From IMG/VR virus record IMGVR_UViG_3300011434_000017, positions 1-36,052 of that record: DNA of 36,052 bases. One strand, given 5' to 3'. Both the position numbers and the translations under genes were made by a program. This document shows, piece by piece, positions 17,768 to 26,973 of this stretch. A model generated the notes under the pieces. The model did not search any database, was not told the DNA's origin, and saw only the letters and a program-made list of their open reading frames with translations. Each line of letters begins with the position of its first letter. Position 1 is the stretch's first letter. Origin of the DNA: a virus (Duplodnaviria; Caudoviricetes).

Positions 17768-18289
17768 ATGGCCGCTGGAAGTATTGCAAGTGCACGATTA
17801 AGTGCTTCAATTGCTGTTGTTGCACAAGGAAGTATTGGGATTACTGGTCTTGTGCAGGTTAGCACTTCTGCACTTTATTCTAAGCCAATTGCAACTGGCA
17901 CAGGTGCTAATCAAGCAACATTAGAATATGGTAATGATTTTCAAATTGCTGCTGGTGGCGCTGCTACAGCTAGTATTGATTTATCTGGTGCTTTGAAAGA
18001 CGCACTTGGCAATGACGTATTAATGGCTAATGTGCGTGGGCTTGTAATTTTAAATCGCTCCGATGAATTTACGCATCCAACTTCAAATATTTCTATAACT
18101 GGTAATTTCATTACTGGTGCAACTCTTGGCGTAATTACTTCGCTCCTATTGCGCCCAGGCGGTGCGTGGTGTTTATTTGATCCTGTAACTGGATTTACTG
18201 TAACCGCCGGTACTGCTGATATAATCACACTTACTAATTTATCTGTGACAGAAGCGGCCGATGTTCGCGTAATGGTTCTTGGTAAGTAA
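17768..18289 (+). CDS. tail-associated structural protein of unknown function
   Basis: AGGAG SD; GTGANQA...IDLSGALKDALG motif; lies between terminator and tube genes. Confidence 0.65.
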   Translation: MAAGSIASARLSASIAVVAQGSIGITGLVQVSTSALYSKPIATGTGANQATLEYGNDFQIAAGGAATASIDLSGALKDALGNDVLMANVRGLVILNRSDEFTHPTSNISITGNFITGATLGVITSLLLRPGGAWCLFDPVTGFTVTAGTADIITLTNLSVTEAADVRVMVLGK

Positions 18290-18315
18290 TCCCCTAATGG
18301 CAGGGAGCAATAGAT

Positions 18316-18714
18316 ATGGCAACTTTCAAAAGTGGCAAAGAGGGCGGCATTACAATCAGCGGTGCCGTTTTATGCGTGTCTGGCTGGAGTTATACAGAAG
18401 AAATAACCCCACTAGATACAAGTAATACTTGTAGTGGTGGATTTGAGACTGTCATTGCGGGCATGAAAAAATTAACGGGGCAATTCTCGGCCTATTGGGA
18501 CGCAGATCAAATTCCAAGTCTTGATCCGCCTAATATTGTTGCTGGCGCGATAATTACTCAAATGAAGCTTTTTCATGGCCCAATTGCTGAAAATAAGTTC
18601 GCATTAATAGATGACGCGCTAATTATTAGCGTAGCAATGACTTCTGATGCTAAGGGTTTAGTGAGTTATCAAGTTTCTTTCCAATCGAATGGCCAATACA
18701 CGCTGCCCGTCTAA
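18316..18714 (+). CDS. major tail tube protein
   Basis: 'SGKEG.I', 'WS', 'LDTSN..SGGF...I.G.K..TG.F', 'SYQVSFQSNG' lambda/TP901-like tube signature. Confidence 0.85.
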   Translation: MATFKSGKEGGITISGAVLCVSGWSYTEEITPLDTSNTCSGGFETVIAGMKKLTGQFSAYWDADQIPSLDPPNIVAGAIITQMKLFHGPIAENKFALIDDALIISVAMTSDAKGLVSYQVSFQSNGQYTLPV

Positions 18715-18743
18715 TACAAAAACACACACAGGATGAGCCAAAA

Positions 18744-19196
18744 ATGGAGCCTATTGCGCGCTTAACGAAAACACCACAAGAATTAATTTCTACGGATGGA
18801 AAAGTTTATAAGCTCTCACCGCTAGAGCCTATAGACTTGGGGGAATTAGAAGTCTGGATAGCTGACTTGCCTATTCACAAGATGAAAAGGCAGTTAGCTA
18901 TTTTGGGGGATAGCCTCTCAGTAGAGCAGCGTACAGCCATGCTGCATCGTGCTTTCGATGAAAGTAACGAGCAGAGTTCTCTAGCTAAACCTAAATCACA
19001 AGAAATCTTAGAAAGCTTAGAAGGCATCTCTAAGATATTGTATTTGTGTATGCGCAAAAATCACCCTGAAATTACAATGCAAGAAGTCTCAACTGTATGC
19101 ACAATGGAAAATATGGTCGAAATTGAAAAGCACCTAGAGGCTTTGAATGCTTTAGATAAAAGTAGTGAGGATGAGAATAGCGGCCCAAAACAATAA
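18744..19196 (+). CDS. tail assembly chaperone (gpG-like)
   Basis: Between tube and tape measure genes; ends G-P-K over slippery heptamer CCCAAAA. Confidence 0.85.
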   Translation: MEPIARLTKTPQELISTDGKVYKLSPLEPIDLGELEVWIADLPIHKMKRQLAILGDSLSVEQRTAMLHRAFDESNEQSSLAKPKSQEILESLEGISKILYLCMRKNHPEITMQEVSTVCTMENMVEIEKHLEALNALDKSSEDENSGPKQ

Positions 19197-19399
19197 AAGA
19201 GTATTCGGAGAATTGGGAGGTTATATTTAGATACTTAACGCATAAGTGGGGTTTTGATCCAAATGTAATTGTGCGTATGTCTTTGCCGCAAATACGCGCT
19301 TATTTAGTTGAGCATGGTGATCAACCGCAGGGTGAAAGTTACGAAGAAATTTGTCGCAAAGTAGCCGCGCATAGAGCTAGGAAAGCAGCTAAAGTATGA
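19184..19399 (+). CDS. tail assembly chaperone gpT portion, reached by -1 frameshift
   Basis: C CCA AAA at 19184-19190; -1 frame open: TIKEYSENWEVIFRYLTHKWGFDPNVIVRMSLPQIRAYL...KAAKV, with TGA overlapping the TMP ATG. Confidence 0.85.
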   Translation, partial: PKTIKEYSENWEVIFRYLTHKWGFDPNVIVRMSLPQIRAYLVEHGDQPQGESYEEICRKVAAHRARKAAKV

Positions 19400-22300
19400 T
19401 AAGCATATTAGACTTAGCTGTAAATATAGCTGGTAATGTAGATAAGCTTACTGGTGATCTTTCTAAAGCTTTCGGTGCAGCAGATAAATTAGAGAATAAA
19501 TTAAAATCACTTCAAGGCGTGGCGCGCTCTTTTGCTAGTAATCCAATAAACATTGCGCTTAACCGTGCTGGTGGTAGCGGCGGTGGTGGTGTAACTGCTG
19601 GCAGCGGCATGAGTAAGCTGCAAGCAGAACAAGCCGCATATTGGAATGCTGAACTTAGATTTATTAGACGAGCAGAACAAGAAAGAATTAATGCGCAACG
19701 TCGCGTGTATTATGCTGCGCGTATTGTTCAAAGTGCTATACCCGGTGCTGGTTCTGGCGGCGCATCTGGTATTGGAAATGCAATCGGTAGCTTAGTAGGC
19801 TTATCAACTGGTTCTATTATTGCTGGCCCAATTGGTGCTGCAATTGGCTTAGCAATTGACATGCTAATAGGCTTCGCAAAGCGCGTTGCCAGTATTGTAC
19901 TAGATATCTTAAAGACCGTCGCAAGTGGTGTCGCTAGTATAATTGGTGGTGTAATAACTTTGGCAGTTAAAACGCTAGGAAGTGCAGTTGATTTAGCAAC
20001 TAGTGCATTAAGTGGCTTAGCTAACATGGTGGTTAGCGTTGCAGCCACTATAAAAGATACGCTAGTTGGCGCAGTTGATTTACTAATAGAGAAATTCCAA
20101 GAGTTCGGCACAATATCTCGAAATGTGTTTTTAGGTATTAGTGGGGCTATAGCTGGCGCTGGGTATGCTTTTGCTAGTTTTGAAAAAGAACTTATTCGCA
20201 CCGCGGCTTTAACACAAGCAACAACTAGTGAGTTCGCTTTACTAAGAGATACAGCAATAGAACTTAGCAAGAAAACTATTTTCTCTGCCACTGAAATTGC
20301 GCGCGCATTTGGCTTAATGGGCCAACAGGGTCTTAAAGTAAATGAAATTCTATCTACGATGCCTCATGTAATTGATTTAGCTGTAACTTCGCATATGGAC
20401 TTAGCAGAATCAAGTAGATTAGTAGTTAGTACGATGAAAGCCTTTGGTATCGAGGCTGCACATACTCAACAAACAGTTGATATCTTAACCAAAGCAGAAA
20501 TTGCTTCGGCGACTACTATGGCGCTTTTAATTTCAGCGCTAAGTAAAGTTGGGCAAACTGCACGACATAGTGGCTTGTCGCTTGCGGAAACTAGCGCCGT
20601 GTTGCGCATTCTTTCGGATAGGCTCATCCGGGGAGAAGAGGCGGGCACGGCGCTCCGCAATATTCTTTTACGAATACGCACGCCAACTAAAGAAGTAACA
20701 AAAGCTTTACAAGAACTTGGCGTTAACGCATATGATTCTACTGGGCAAATGAAAGATTTTGCCACAATCATAGATGAAATTGCTGCTGGTGCTGAAAAAC
20801 TAAGCGTGCAACGGCGTAACGAAGTTTTAGGTATGCTCGCGCGCACTCGCACTATTACTGCCTTGCTTGCTATTATGCAGGCTGGTGGAAATACAATACG
20901 TAAATTCACAGCAGAATTAGAAGCCTCTGGTGGCACAGCACATAGAATAGCCCAAACACAACTTGGTGCATTGACTGCGCGCATTGATGTACTTGGAAAT
21001 AAATTTACCGCATGGGCTGCAACTATAGGCGAAATGCTTGCGCCAGCATTTAAAGTTGTAATTGATTTAGCTGAAAAACTAGTTGACTGGTTAGCTGCAC
21101 TAGACCCTAAGCTTGTTCAAAACGTATTGCGCTGGGTTATTATACAAGGTGCAGCGTTTGGTGTAGCTTATGCGTTTACTAAGATATTAAATAACGTGAT
21201 GAATTTGCTTAATCCGTTCACTCTATTAACTTCTACACTAGCTAGCATTGCGTTTTATTTATTCCAAACGAAAATAGCTGGCGCTAACCTAGGAGAGAAA
21301 CTAGTCAACTTGCAGGCTATTATAGTAGCTTTCATAGAAAAAACAAAGCCCATTTGGATGGAATGGGTTAAGGCAATACTTAAAGGTATTGTTACAGTAA
21401 TAGAGATGTTTAAGCGCTTTGGTGAAATACTACCAGCGCTTAGAGATATGTTCTTGATTGTTTTAGAAGATATTAAAACTAATTTCTCTTATTTGTTCAC
21501 TAAGTTAATACCGCAGTATTTACAATTTTTCTTAGATAGTCTAGGTAAAGTTGTTGAATTTATACGCGCCTGGGCTAAAGAACTGTTTGAAGTGTTCAAA
21601 AAAGAGATACCTAATATACTTACTGATTTGTCTTTTCTATTTAATGAAATATTTGGAACATTGGGTAAATTGGCTGGTAAAGCTTTCTTTAAGGGCTTGA
21701 AAGCTAGTTTAAATGCGTGGTTAGATAGCCTACCTTTTGATCTTAAGAAATTGTTCCCTGTTACTGGGCTAATAGCTAAATTAATACCATCTGACATGGG
21801 TATTGGAAAAGATGTCAGCGAAGCGACTAAAGCTATAGGTGGCTATAATTGGGCAACTGGGCAGTCAACTAAATGGAATCCACCAAAGTTCGGTGGCTTT
21901 GGGCAACTACCAGAAGTTAAATTCATTTTTTCTGCCTTAGATGGGCCTATTAATAGGCTAGTTGGGGCATTCAACGCAGCTAGTGCCGCGGCTGGTGCTT
22001 TTGTAGGTAATATTGGCAAGAAAGGTTTTCAACCGCCGGCATTACCACATCAGTTTCCAGAAGATTTTAGCGGGGCAGAGAAAGAATTTAAGCGCTTTCT
22101 GCGTGAGCAAGAACAAAGCACTAGAAGCGGCGATCCTTACGATACACGAACAAATAAAGGTGCTTTTCATGCAAGGCGCTTATTACTTGGTTTTGATCGA
22201 GAAGAACAAGGCGAAGCGGATCGCGCCCGTGTACAAGCGCATATGCAAAAGCGCCGTGGTATAGGCAGAGCAATACAAGACGTAGCAGGCAAAGCGCCTA

Positions 22301-22452
22301 AGATAAGTTCACTTGATGAATTTTATAGTAATATTTTATTAGCTGGCGCTGGTGGTAAGGGGCGTGTTGATCCGCTACTTACAGAGAACCAAAAGCAGAC
22401 TAAATTACTACAAGAGATTCGGGATAAGAAACAAGCGATTGTTGGCCCCTAG
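19396..22452 (+). CDS. tail tape measure protein (TP901-family core)
   Basis: 1018 aa, Ala/Gly/Leu helical; 'T.FSATEIA', 'GEEAGTALRNIL', 'LGV..YDSTGQMK' core motifs. Confidence 0.95.
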   Translation: MISILDLAVNIAGNVDKLTGDLSKAFGAADKLENKLKSLQGVARSFASNPINIALNRAGGSGGGGVTAGSGMSKLQAEQAAYWNAELRFIRRAEQERINAQRRVYYAARIVQSAIPGAGSGGASGIGNAIGSLVGLSTGSIIAGPIGAAIGLAIDMLIGFAKRVASIVLDILKTVASGVASIIGGVITLAVKTLGSAVDLATSALSGLANMVVSVAATIKDTLVGAVDLLIEKFQEFGTISRNVFLGISGAIAGAGYAFASFEKELIRTAALTQATTSEFALLRDTAIELSKKTIFSATEIARAFGLMGQQGLKVNEILSTMPHVIDLAVTSHMDLAESSRLVVSTMKAFGIEAAHTQQTVDILTKAEIASATTMALLISALSKVGQTARHSGLSLAETSAVLRILSDRLIRGEEAGTALRNILLRIRTPTKEVTKALQELGVNAYDSTGQMKDFATIIDEIAAGAEKLSVQRRNEVLGMLARTRTITALLAIMQAGGNTIRKFTAELEASGGTAHRIAQTQLGALTARIDVLGNKFTAWAATIGEMLAPAFKVVIDLAEKLVDWLAALDPKLVQNVLRWVIIQGAAFGVAYAFTKILNNVMNLLNPFTLLTSTLASIAFYLFQTKIAGANLGEKLVNLQAIIVAFIEKTKPIWMEWVKAILKGIVTVIEMFKRFGEILPALRDMFLIVLEDIKTNFSYLFTKLIPQYLQFFLDSLGKVVEFIRAWAKELFEVFKKEIPNILTDLSFLFNEIFGTLGKLAGKAFFKGLKASLNAWLDSLPFDLKKLFPVTGLIAKLIPSDMGIGKDVSEATKAIGGYNWATGQSTKWNPPKFGGFGQLPEVKFIFSALDGPINRLVGAFNAASAAAGAFVGNIGKKGFQPPALPHQFPEDFSGAEKEFKRFLREQEQSTRSGDPYDTRTNKGAFHARRLLLGFDREEQGEADRARVQAHMQKRRGIGRAIQDVAGKAPKISSLDEFYSNILLAGAGGKGRVDPLLTENQKQTKLLQEIRDKKQAIVGP

Positions 22453-22462
22453 GCGGTGATAA

Positions 22463-23266
22463 GTGCCCGGCACACCGGTAGAACAAGTAGATGTTAGTGG
22501 GTGGCCTACCTACAATGGTATTCCCTACCTAGAGCGCCCCGGTAGTGGCTCTATGGAGTTTTCTAGGGATTTAGTTACAGCAAAACAAATTTTTCTAGTG
22601 GAGTGGTCGCGTAGATATGACTTTATACGCGAGATACTTCCGTCGGCTAGTATAGTTAACGGGCAAGTAGTTTATGTGCCACCAGTACCATTCCCAACTT
22701 TTTTAGAATGTGTTGCACAAACTTGCACAATTGATGGTTATGCTAAATACGACAACACAGATTTAGCTAATTCTATACATTATCAATTAGCGACAGTTGT
22801 TATTAATTTCTCGACTGTTGGGTTTGTAGCAGATCAAACTGCCCTAATAACCAAGCAGTTAGAATTTAGCGGCGAAATGTTTCAGCCGGGCCGCAATTCT
22901 TTTAGATTCGTATCTGATAATAAAGCAGTTGACGAGCCTCCTGGTATTTTCCTCCCACATATTCAAATTCAAATTGAAAAACATTACGTGCCTACTTTTA
23001 GTTTAGACCTAATAGTTTCACTTTTAGGTCGCATAAATTCTGTTATATTTCAAAATGTTGCTATTGGTTTAGTACGCTATGATGGCGCTTCAGCGGCACA
23101 GACAATTACTCTTAATGGCCCGCGCCCGTGGTCTTTTGTACATAAGTTTACAATTCGGACAATTAATTGGAACTTTGCTTATCGCCCCGGTGTTGGTTGG
23201 CGAGCTATTACTAGCGATGATGGCCCGCCATTTTTATCTGGCAACTTTAACTCGCTACTAGCATAA
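22463..23266 (+). CDS. tail tip protein following TMP (distal-tail/hub-like)
   Basis: Position, size and beta-rich aromatic composition. Confidence 0.55.
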   Translation: MPGTPVEQVDVSGWPTYNGIPYLERPGSGSMEFSRDLVTAKQIFLVEWSRRYDFIREILPSASIVNGQVVYVPPVPFPTFLECVAQTCTIDGYAKYDNTDLANSIHYQLATVVINFSTVGFVADQTALITKQLEFSGEMFQPGRNSFRFVSDNKAVDEPPGIFLPHIQIQIEKHYVPTFSLDLIVSLLGRINSVIFQNVAIGLVRYDGASAAQTITLNGPRPWSFVHKFTIRTINWNFAYRPGVGWRAITSDDGPPFLSGNFNSLLA

Positions 23267-23267
23267 T

Positions 23268-24101
23268 ATGGCAGATAGCAAACCAATAGATTTTGTAGAG
23301 CAGCTTCATGCGGGGCAAGAGCGGCTATCTGCCTCGCAGATGAATGCAATTATAAATTATGTTCTTAATTTATCTCGCACACAGGGACAAGGTACTGGTG
23401 TAAATTCGCAAGGCGCCAATATAGCCATACCTTTTGGTTTAACACAAGCTTTGGGGGTTATACATAATTTAGGGCCGTCTGGTGAAGCAGACCGTACAGA
23501 TAATACTTATTGGGTTAGATTTGCTGAAATAACAGACACAGATGTGGCTGACTTTTTTAAGCCAACTTTTGCCCCCATACTTAGTAGCGCTGGTGGCATA
23601 GTGCTTGCTACTAATATTGGCGAGCCTAGTGTAGGTAGTCGTGGTATGGTGGTTGGCGATCCTGTGCAACTTACTTTGTGGCGTAATGCTCGTGGCGCAA
23701 ATCGTTGGATTTTCAGTGCTGGTATAAGTTCACCTATTCTTATTAGGATTTCAGACCCAGTTCCGATTTTTAATACTGAAAATCGTTGGACTTATACAGG
23801 CACAGAAGTTAGGCGCACAATAGCTTCGGCTGGTTCGCCTAGTATTTGGCAAGTAAAACCGGGCGGATTCGTTGGCTCTGACCTAGAAAATTGTGATGAA
23901 GCTTTTAATGATGGCGCTGATATCGAATCAAATGGAGTAGATATTAGTTTACTAACAATAGGTGATTTTGAATTCAAGCCAATACGGGGCAACCCAGTTA
24001 GGCAACTCGTAAAAATTCCAACGCTTAATTTATCGAATGGTGGTGTTACTTATACTTATGGTTTCACAAAAACAAATTGCATTGACGGCACTTGTGGGTG
24101 A
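23268..24101 (+). CDS. minor tail/tip protein ending in a Cys motif
   Basis: 'G..LSASQMN.I' N-terminal motif; C-terminus NCIDGTCG. Confidence 0.55.
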   Translation: MADSKPIDFVEQLHAGQERLSASQMNAIINYVLNLSRTQGQGTGVNSQGANIAIPFGLTQALGVIHNLGPSGEADRTDNTYWVRFAEITDTDVADFFKPTFAPILSSAGGIVLATNIGEPSVGSRGMVVGDPVQLTLWRNARGANRWIFSAGISSPILIRISDPVPIFNTENRWTYTGTEVRRTIASAGSPSIWQVKPGGFVGSDLENCDEAFNDGADIESNGVDISLLTIGDFEFKPIRGNPVRQLVKIPTLNLSNGGVTYTYGFTKTNCIDGTCG

Positions 24102-24104
24102 AGG

Positions 24105-24956
24105 ATGCCGTTTGCTGTAAAAAGAAAATGTTGCTGCACACCCGGAATTGCTTGCGCTTGTTGTTTACCGCCGGGTTTTAATTGCGTTGAAATGACGCAA
24201 GCTGCTTGTATAGCTTCTGGTGGCGAATGGCTAGGTCCGTGTGATATTCCGAATTATACACCTACACAGCACTGTCATGATCCAGTTACTAATCCTACTG
24301 GTGTTGTATGCTTGCCGTGTGGTTTATGCACAGGTGCAACACAGCCCGGTACGGGTGTCACTATTTCTTTTAATGGTGGAATACAACCGTGCCAATATTT
24401 AGGTTGCGCTTTTCCTCCTGTTGTTGGGCCTGATCCTTGTGTGGAAAGTCCTGTAATTTCTTTTCAACAAGCCGCTGTTATATCCGCACTTGGTAGTTCT
24501 TATTTTTGTATCGGTGGGACTAACTGCCATTGGGTCTCAGATTTTATACTAATAGATGATACAGGTTTTCCTCCGGGCATCCCGCTGTGCCCAGCGCTGA
24601 ATCCTATTTTGCATAGGAATACTGTTTTTGCACAAGCTACAGTTGATATATTTAATATTAATGGTGGATTTAGATGGCACGTACAATTTAATATTTCAAT
24701 TGGTATTGGCCCCGATGCTGGCCCACATACACCGGGGCCAATCTTAGTAGTTTTTGGTTATCGGGGACCAATTATTGGACAAGCTTCTCCACTTAACTGT
24801 TCAGGTGGAACTAATTTGACTATGTATTTTGGTGGCGCAATGGCTGTCGCTTGCACGCCACAACAAGCACAAGAAGGTGCACAAACTTGTGCTGTTATAA
24901 ACAATGGCCCTAGATATATCTCACCTAATGGTGCTACTGCAACGGTGATGCCATAA
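24105..24956 (+). CDS. cysteine-rich putative tail-tip/receptor-binding protein
   Basis: 22 Cys counted in 283 aa; N-terminal KCCC and ACC.....C...T...C...GG.W.G motif. Confidence 0.65.
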   Translation: MPFAVKRKCCCTPGIACACCLPPGFNCVEMTQAACIASGGEWLGPCDIPNYTPTQHCHDPVTNPTGVVCLPCGLCTGATQPGTGVTISFNGGIQPCQYLGCAFPPVVGPDPCVESPVISFQQAAVISALGSSYFCIGGTNCHWVSDFILIDDTGFPPGIPLCPALNPILHRNTVFAQATVDIFNINGGFRWHVQFNISIGIGPDAGPHTPGPILVVFGYRGPIIGQASPLNCSGGTNLTMYFGGAMAVACTPQQAQEGAQTCAVINNGPRYISPNGATATVMP

Positions 24957-25252
24957 TGGCTTGTAATCCATGCCAAGAAGCTGCCAAGTTAGCCGCACAA
25001 GCTGCACATGGCATAGTAGGCAACACTAAAATAATTCTCGGCATTGGTCTATCTAATGCCGATACAAGCCATGAACGAATTAACCGGTGCACTGGTTCTA
25101 GTAAATTGCCTAGATGCCCACACTTAACAACAGGTGGTAAGTGTGATAAATGTGGCTGTCCAGTAAACAAGAAAGTGCAAGTTGAAAGCGAAACTTGCGA
25201 ATATTGGTCTATGCCTCTTGAGCAACTGAAAGATTTGCGCGCCAAACATTAA
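24956..25252 (+). CDS. small Cys-rich metal-binding protein (DUF6171-like)
   Basis: 8 Cys; R...C...CPH.....CxxCGC....K.....E.C..W pattern; TAATG coupling. Confidence 0.65.
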   Translation: MACNPCQEAAKLAAQAAHGIVGNTKIILGIGLSNADTSHERINRCTGSSKLPRCPHLTTGGKCDKCGCPVNKKVQVESETCEYWSMPLEQLKDLRAKH

Positions 25253-25412
25253 AGTAATACCATAACTGATATGCTATAAAATGCCCACCTTTCCCGCTTT
25301 CTAACATTGTGATAGTTCTTTCGCCAACATCAGCTAACTCGGCTAGCTTGGCTTTACTTAATCCCGCATCTAATCTAAGTTGTTTCAAATAAGCGCCACT
25401 TGGTGGTGTCAT
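25209..25412 (-). CDS. Xre/Cro-CI family helix-turn-helix protein
   Basis: LKQLR...GLSKAKLAELADVGERTITMLESG. Confidence 0.85.
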   Translation of the reverse strand: MTPPSGAYLKQLRLDAGLSKAKLAELADVGERTITMLESGKGGHFIAYQLWYYFNVWRANLSVAQEA

Positions 25413-25651
25413 TCAGGCACCTGTCGTAGAGGGGTTTTAACTTGCGGGCATATTGGCTGTAATGGCTGATTAAAAGTTAATTGTCTTATCCACATCTTGC
25501 CAGTAATTAATACTAGCAGCCGTTCCCATAAAGAGAATCTCCAACAAGTTACGACTTGTCCATCTTCTGATATAAACGCTGGTAATGGTAAGTATTCTGG
25601 TTGATCTTTCGCAAAAGTCGTATGCGCTTCCGGGAATTCTATTGGATACAT
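25409..25651 (-). CDS. conserved phage hypothetical protein
   Basis: P..FPE....FAKDQPEYLPLPA...V.TCW..S..ER...L.TG motif; ATGA coupling. Confidence 0.8.
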   Translation of the reverse strand: MYPIEFPEAHTTFAKDQPEYLPLPAFISEDGQVVTCWRFSLWERLLVLITGKMWIRQLTFNQPLQPICPQVKTPLRQVPE

Positions 25652-25748
25652 CTAGTCAGCCTTTCGTGGTGCAAATAATTTACCAAGTAGGAAACCGTTT
25701 GGATAATGAAAGTTAAATCCTTTACTAGTTTTAATTTAGCTGGGCGCA

Positions 25749-25937
25749 TCATCTAGAACTCCGCAAATACTTATCAACTAGTTTATCAAAACAGTCTGAT
25801 TGATTTGGTGTTAGGTCTTTTTCGCGGTAATTACCATCTAGTGATTCAACAAATTCTTTCTCCCAATCATTAAGCGTGTTGGGTTCCTCAGACATTAAAA
25901 CTAATAGGTCTAGTTGCTTTTGTTCTATGCGTGTCAT
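25749..25937 (-). CDS. hypothetical protein
   Basis: L..WE..FVES......LT..Q motif common in phage small proteins; ATGA coupling. Confidence 0.75.
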   Translation of the reverse strand: MTRIEQKQLDLLVLMSEEPNTLNDWEKEFVESLDGNYREKDLTPNQSDCFDKLVDKYLRSSR

Positions 25938-26173
25938 ATTTTATCCTTTAGATAGGATTCCGTTAAGCAAACATTATGCGTATAGTCTCCTATAAGTTTA
26001 TCATATTCAGGAGCGCGACGCGCTTTTATTTCTCCTAGAGAGAGCTTAAAGCCAGCTTCCATAGCTGCCCTATATGCTCTGAACTTAGCTCTATTACGAC
26101 TTAATGAAAAAACTATACTCGTTATACCTGCTGCATTTACTCTCCATGCTCTTACACCGGCTTTTAGGCTCAT
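25934..26173 (-). CDS. hypothetical protein
   Basis: VF...R..AK...I...RAPEYD motif; ATGA coupling to thyA. Confidence 0.75.
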   Translation of the reverse strand: MSLKAGVRAWRVNAAGITSIVFSLSRNRAKFRAYRAAMEAGFKLSLGEIKARRAPEYDKLIGDYTHNVCLTESYLKDKI

Positions 26174-26973
26174 ACAGCTACCTCGAATCTTATCTCGTCG
26201 TGTGGGTTGTACTCACTCAAACAAAAGTTTTCTATTTGCAAACCTTCGTCTGCCCATTGTTCATCCATGCCGCTTATCTGAATTAGTGGCGATCTTTTCG
26301 GTATTCGTTGCAGCATAGTGTAAACGCCCGGCATATGATTTTCATATATGTGGGCATCTACTAGTGTAAAAGCTAATTTGCCGGGCAGTAGATTTGCCTC
26401 ACTAGCTAATAACATAGTTAGCAGCGCGTAACTTGCTATATTAAATGGCACACCTAGAACTAAATCAGCGCTGCGCATTGTTACGTGGCAGTTTAAATAT
26501 CTATCCTCTACATTAAAACAAGCCGTATAGTGACACGGTGGTAGTTTACTCGTCCACGCATTAGGCGGATACCAAGCTAATAAAACTAAGCGCCGACTAG
26601 TAGGGTCTGTTTTAAGCGCTCCTCTTATGGCAGCTATTTGATCGAAACCCGGCCCCATATAGCCGTGTACTGGATAGTGTCGCCAGAAATATCCATAAGC
26701 GCTATTAACTTCTCCATCCGGCGCGGCCCACGGATTCCAAATCTTTGTGTGTTTTTGTAGTTCTCTTATATGAGTCTCGCCGCTAAGAAACCAAAGCAAT
26801 TCGGCAACAACTGCTTTGAAGTTAATGCGTCTAAGTGTTACTAGTGGGAAACCGTCTAAGATATCTAGTTCAAAGTTGATATTAAACACGCTGCGCGTGT
26901 TAATACCCGTTCTGTTACGTTTTACTTTTCCTTCATAAGCAACACGCTTAAGTATCTCTTGATATACTTTCAT
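26170..26973 (-). CDS. thyA: thymidylate synthase
   Basis: RTG, ELLWFLSG, SRR, LPPCH, RSAD..LGVPFNIASY, DAHIYENH, C-terminal VAV. Confidence 0.97.
   Translation of the reverse strand: MKVYQEILKRVAYEGKVKRNRTGINTRSVFNINFELDILDGFPLVTLRRINFKAVVAELLWFLSGETHIRELQKHTKIWNPWAAPDGEVNSAYGYFWRHYPVHGYMGPGFDQIAAIRGALKTDPTSRRLVLLAWYPPNAWTSKLPPCHYTACFNVEDRYLNCHVTMRSADLVLGVPFNIASYALLTMLLASEANLLPGKLAFTLVDAHIYENHMPGVYTMLQRIPKRSPLIQISGMDEQWADEGLQIENFCLSEYNPHDEIRFEVAV

Noticed and set aside
19507-21797. Long antisense ORFs opposite the tape measure (also those opposite polA, the primase-helicase and capsid genes)
   Set aside because: Shadow frames of strongly biased coding strands; no SD or recognisable motifs
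23268-25252. Diversity-generating retroelement target
   Set aside because: No reverse transcriptase and no template/variable repeat pair noticed
25209-25412. Lysogeny/immunity module
   Set aside because: Single HTH only; no integrase, divergent repressor pair or att-like context in the window
25639-25749. 36-aa minus-strand ORF MRPAKLKLVKDL...
   Set aside because: Fills a gap and may be real, but too short and featureless to support
26170-26973. dCMP/dUMP hydroxymethylase for hypermodified DNA
   Set aside because: Full canonical ThyA signature including PFNIASY and the C-terminal AV; no modifying transferases seen
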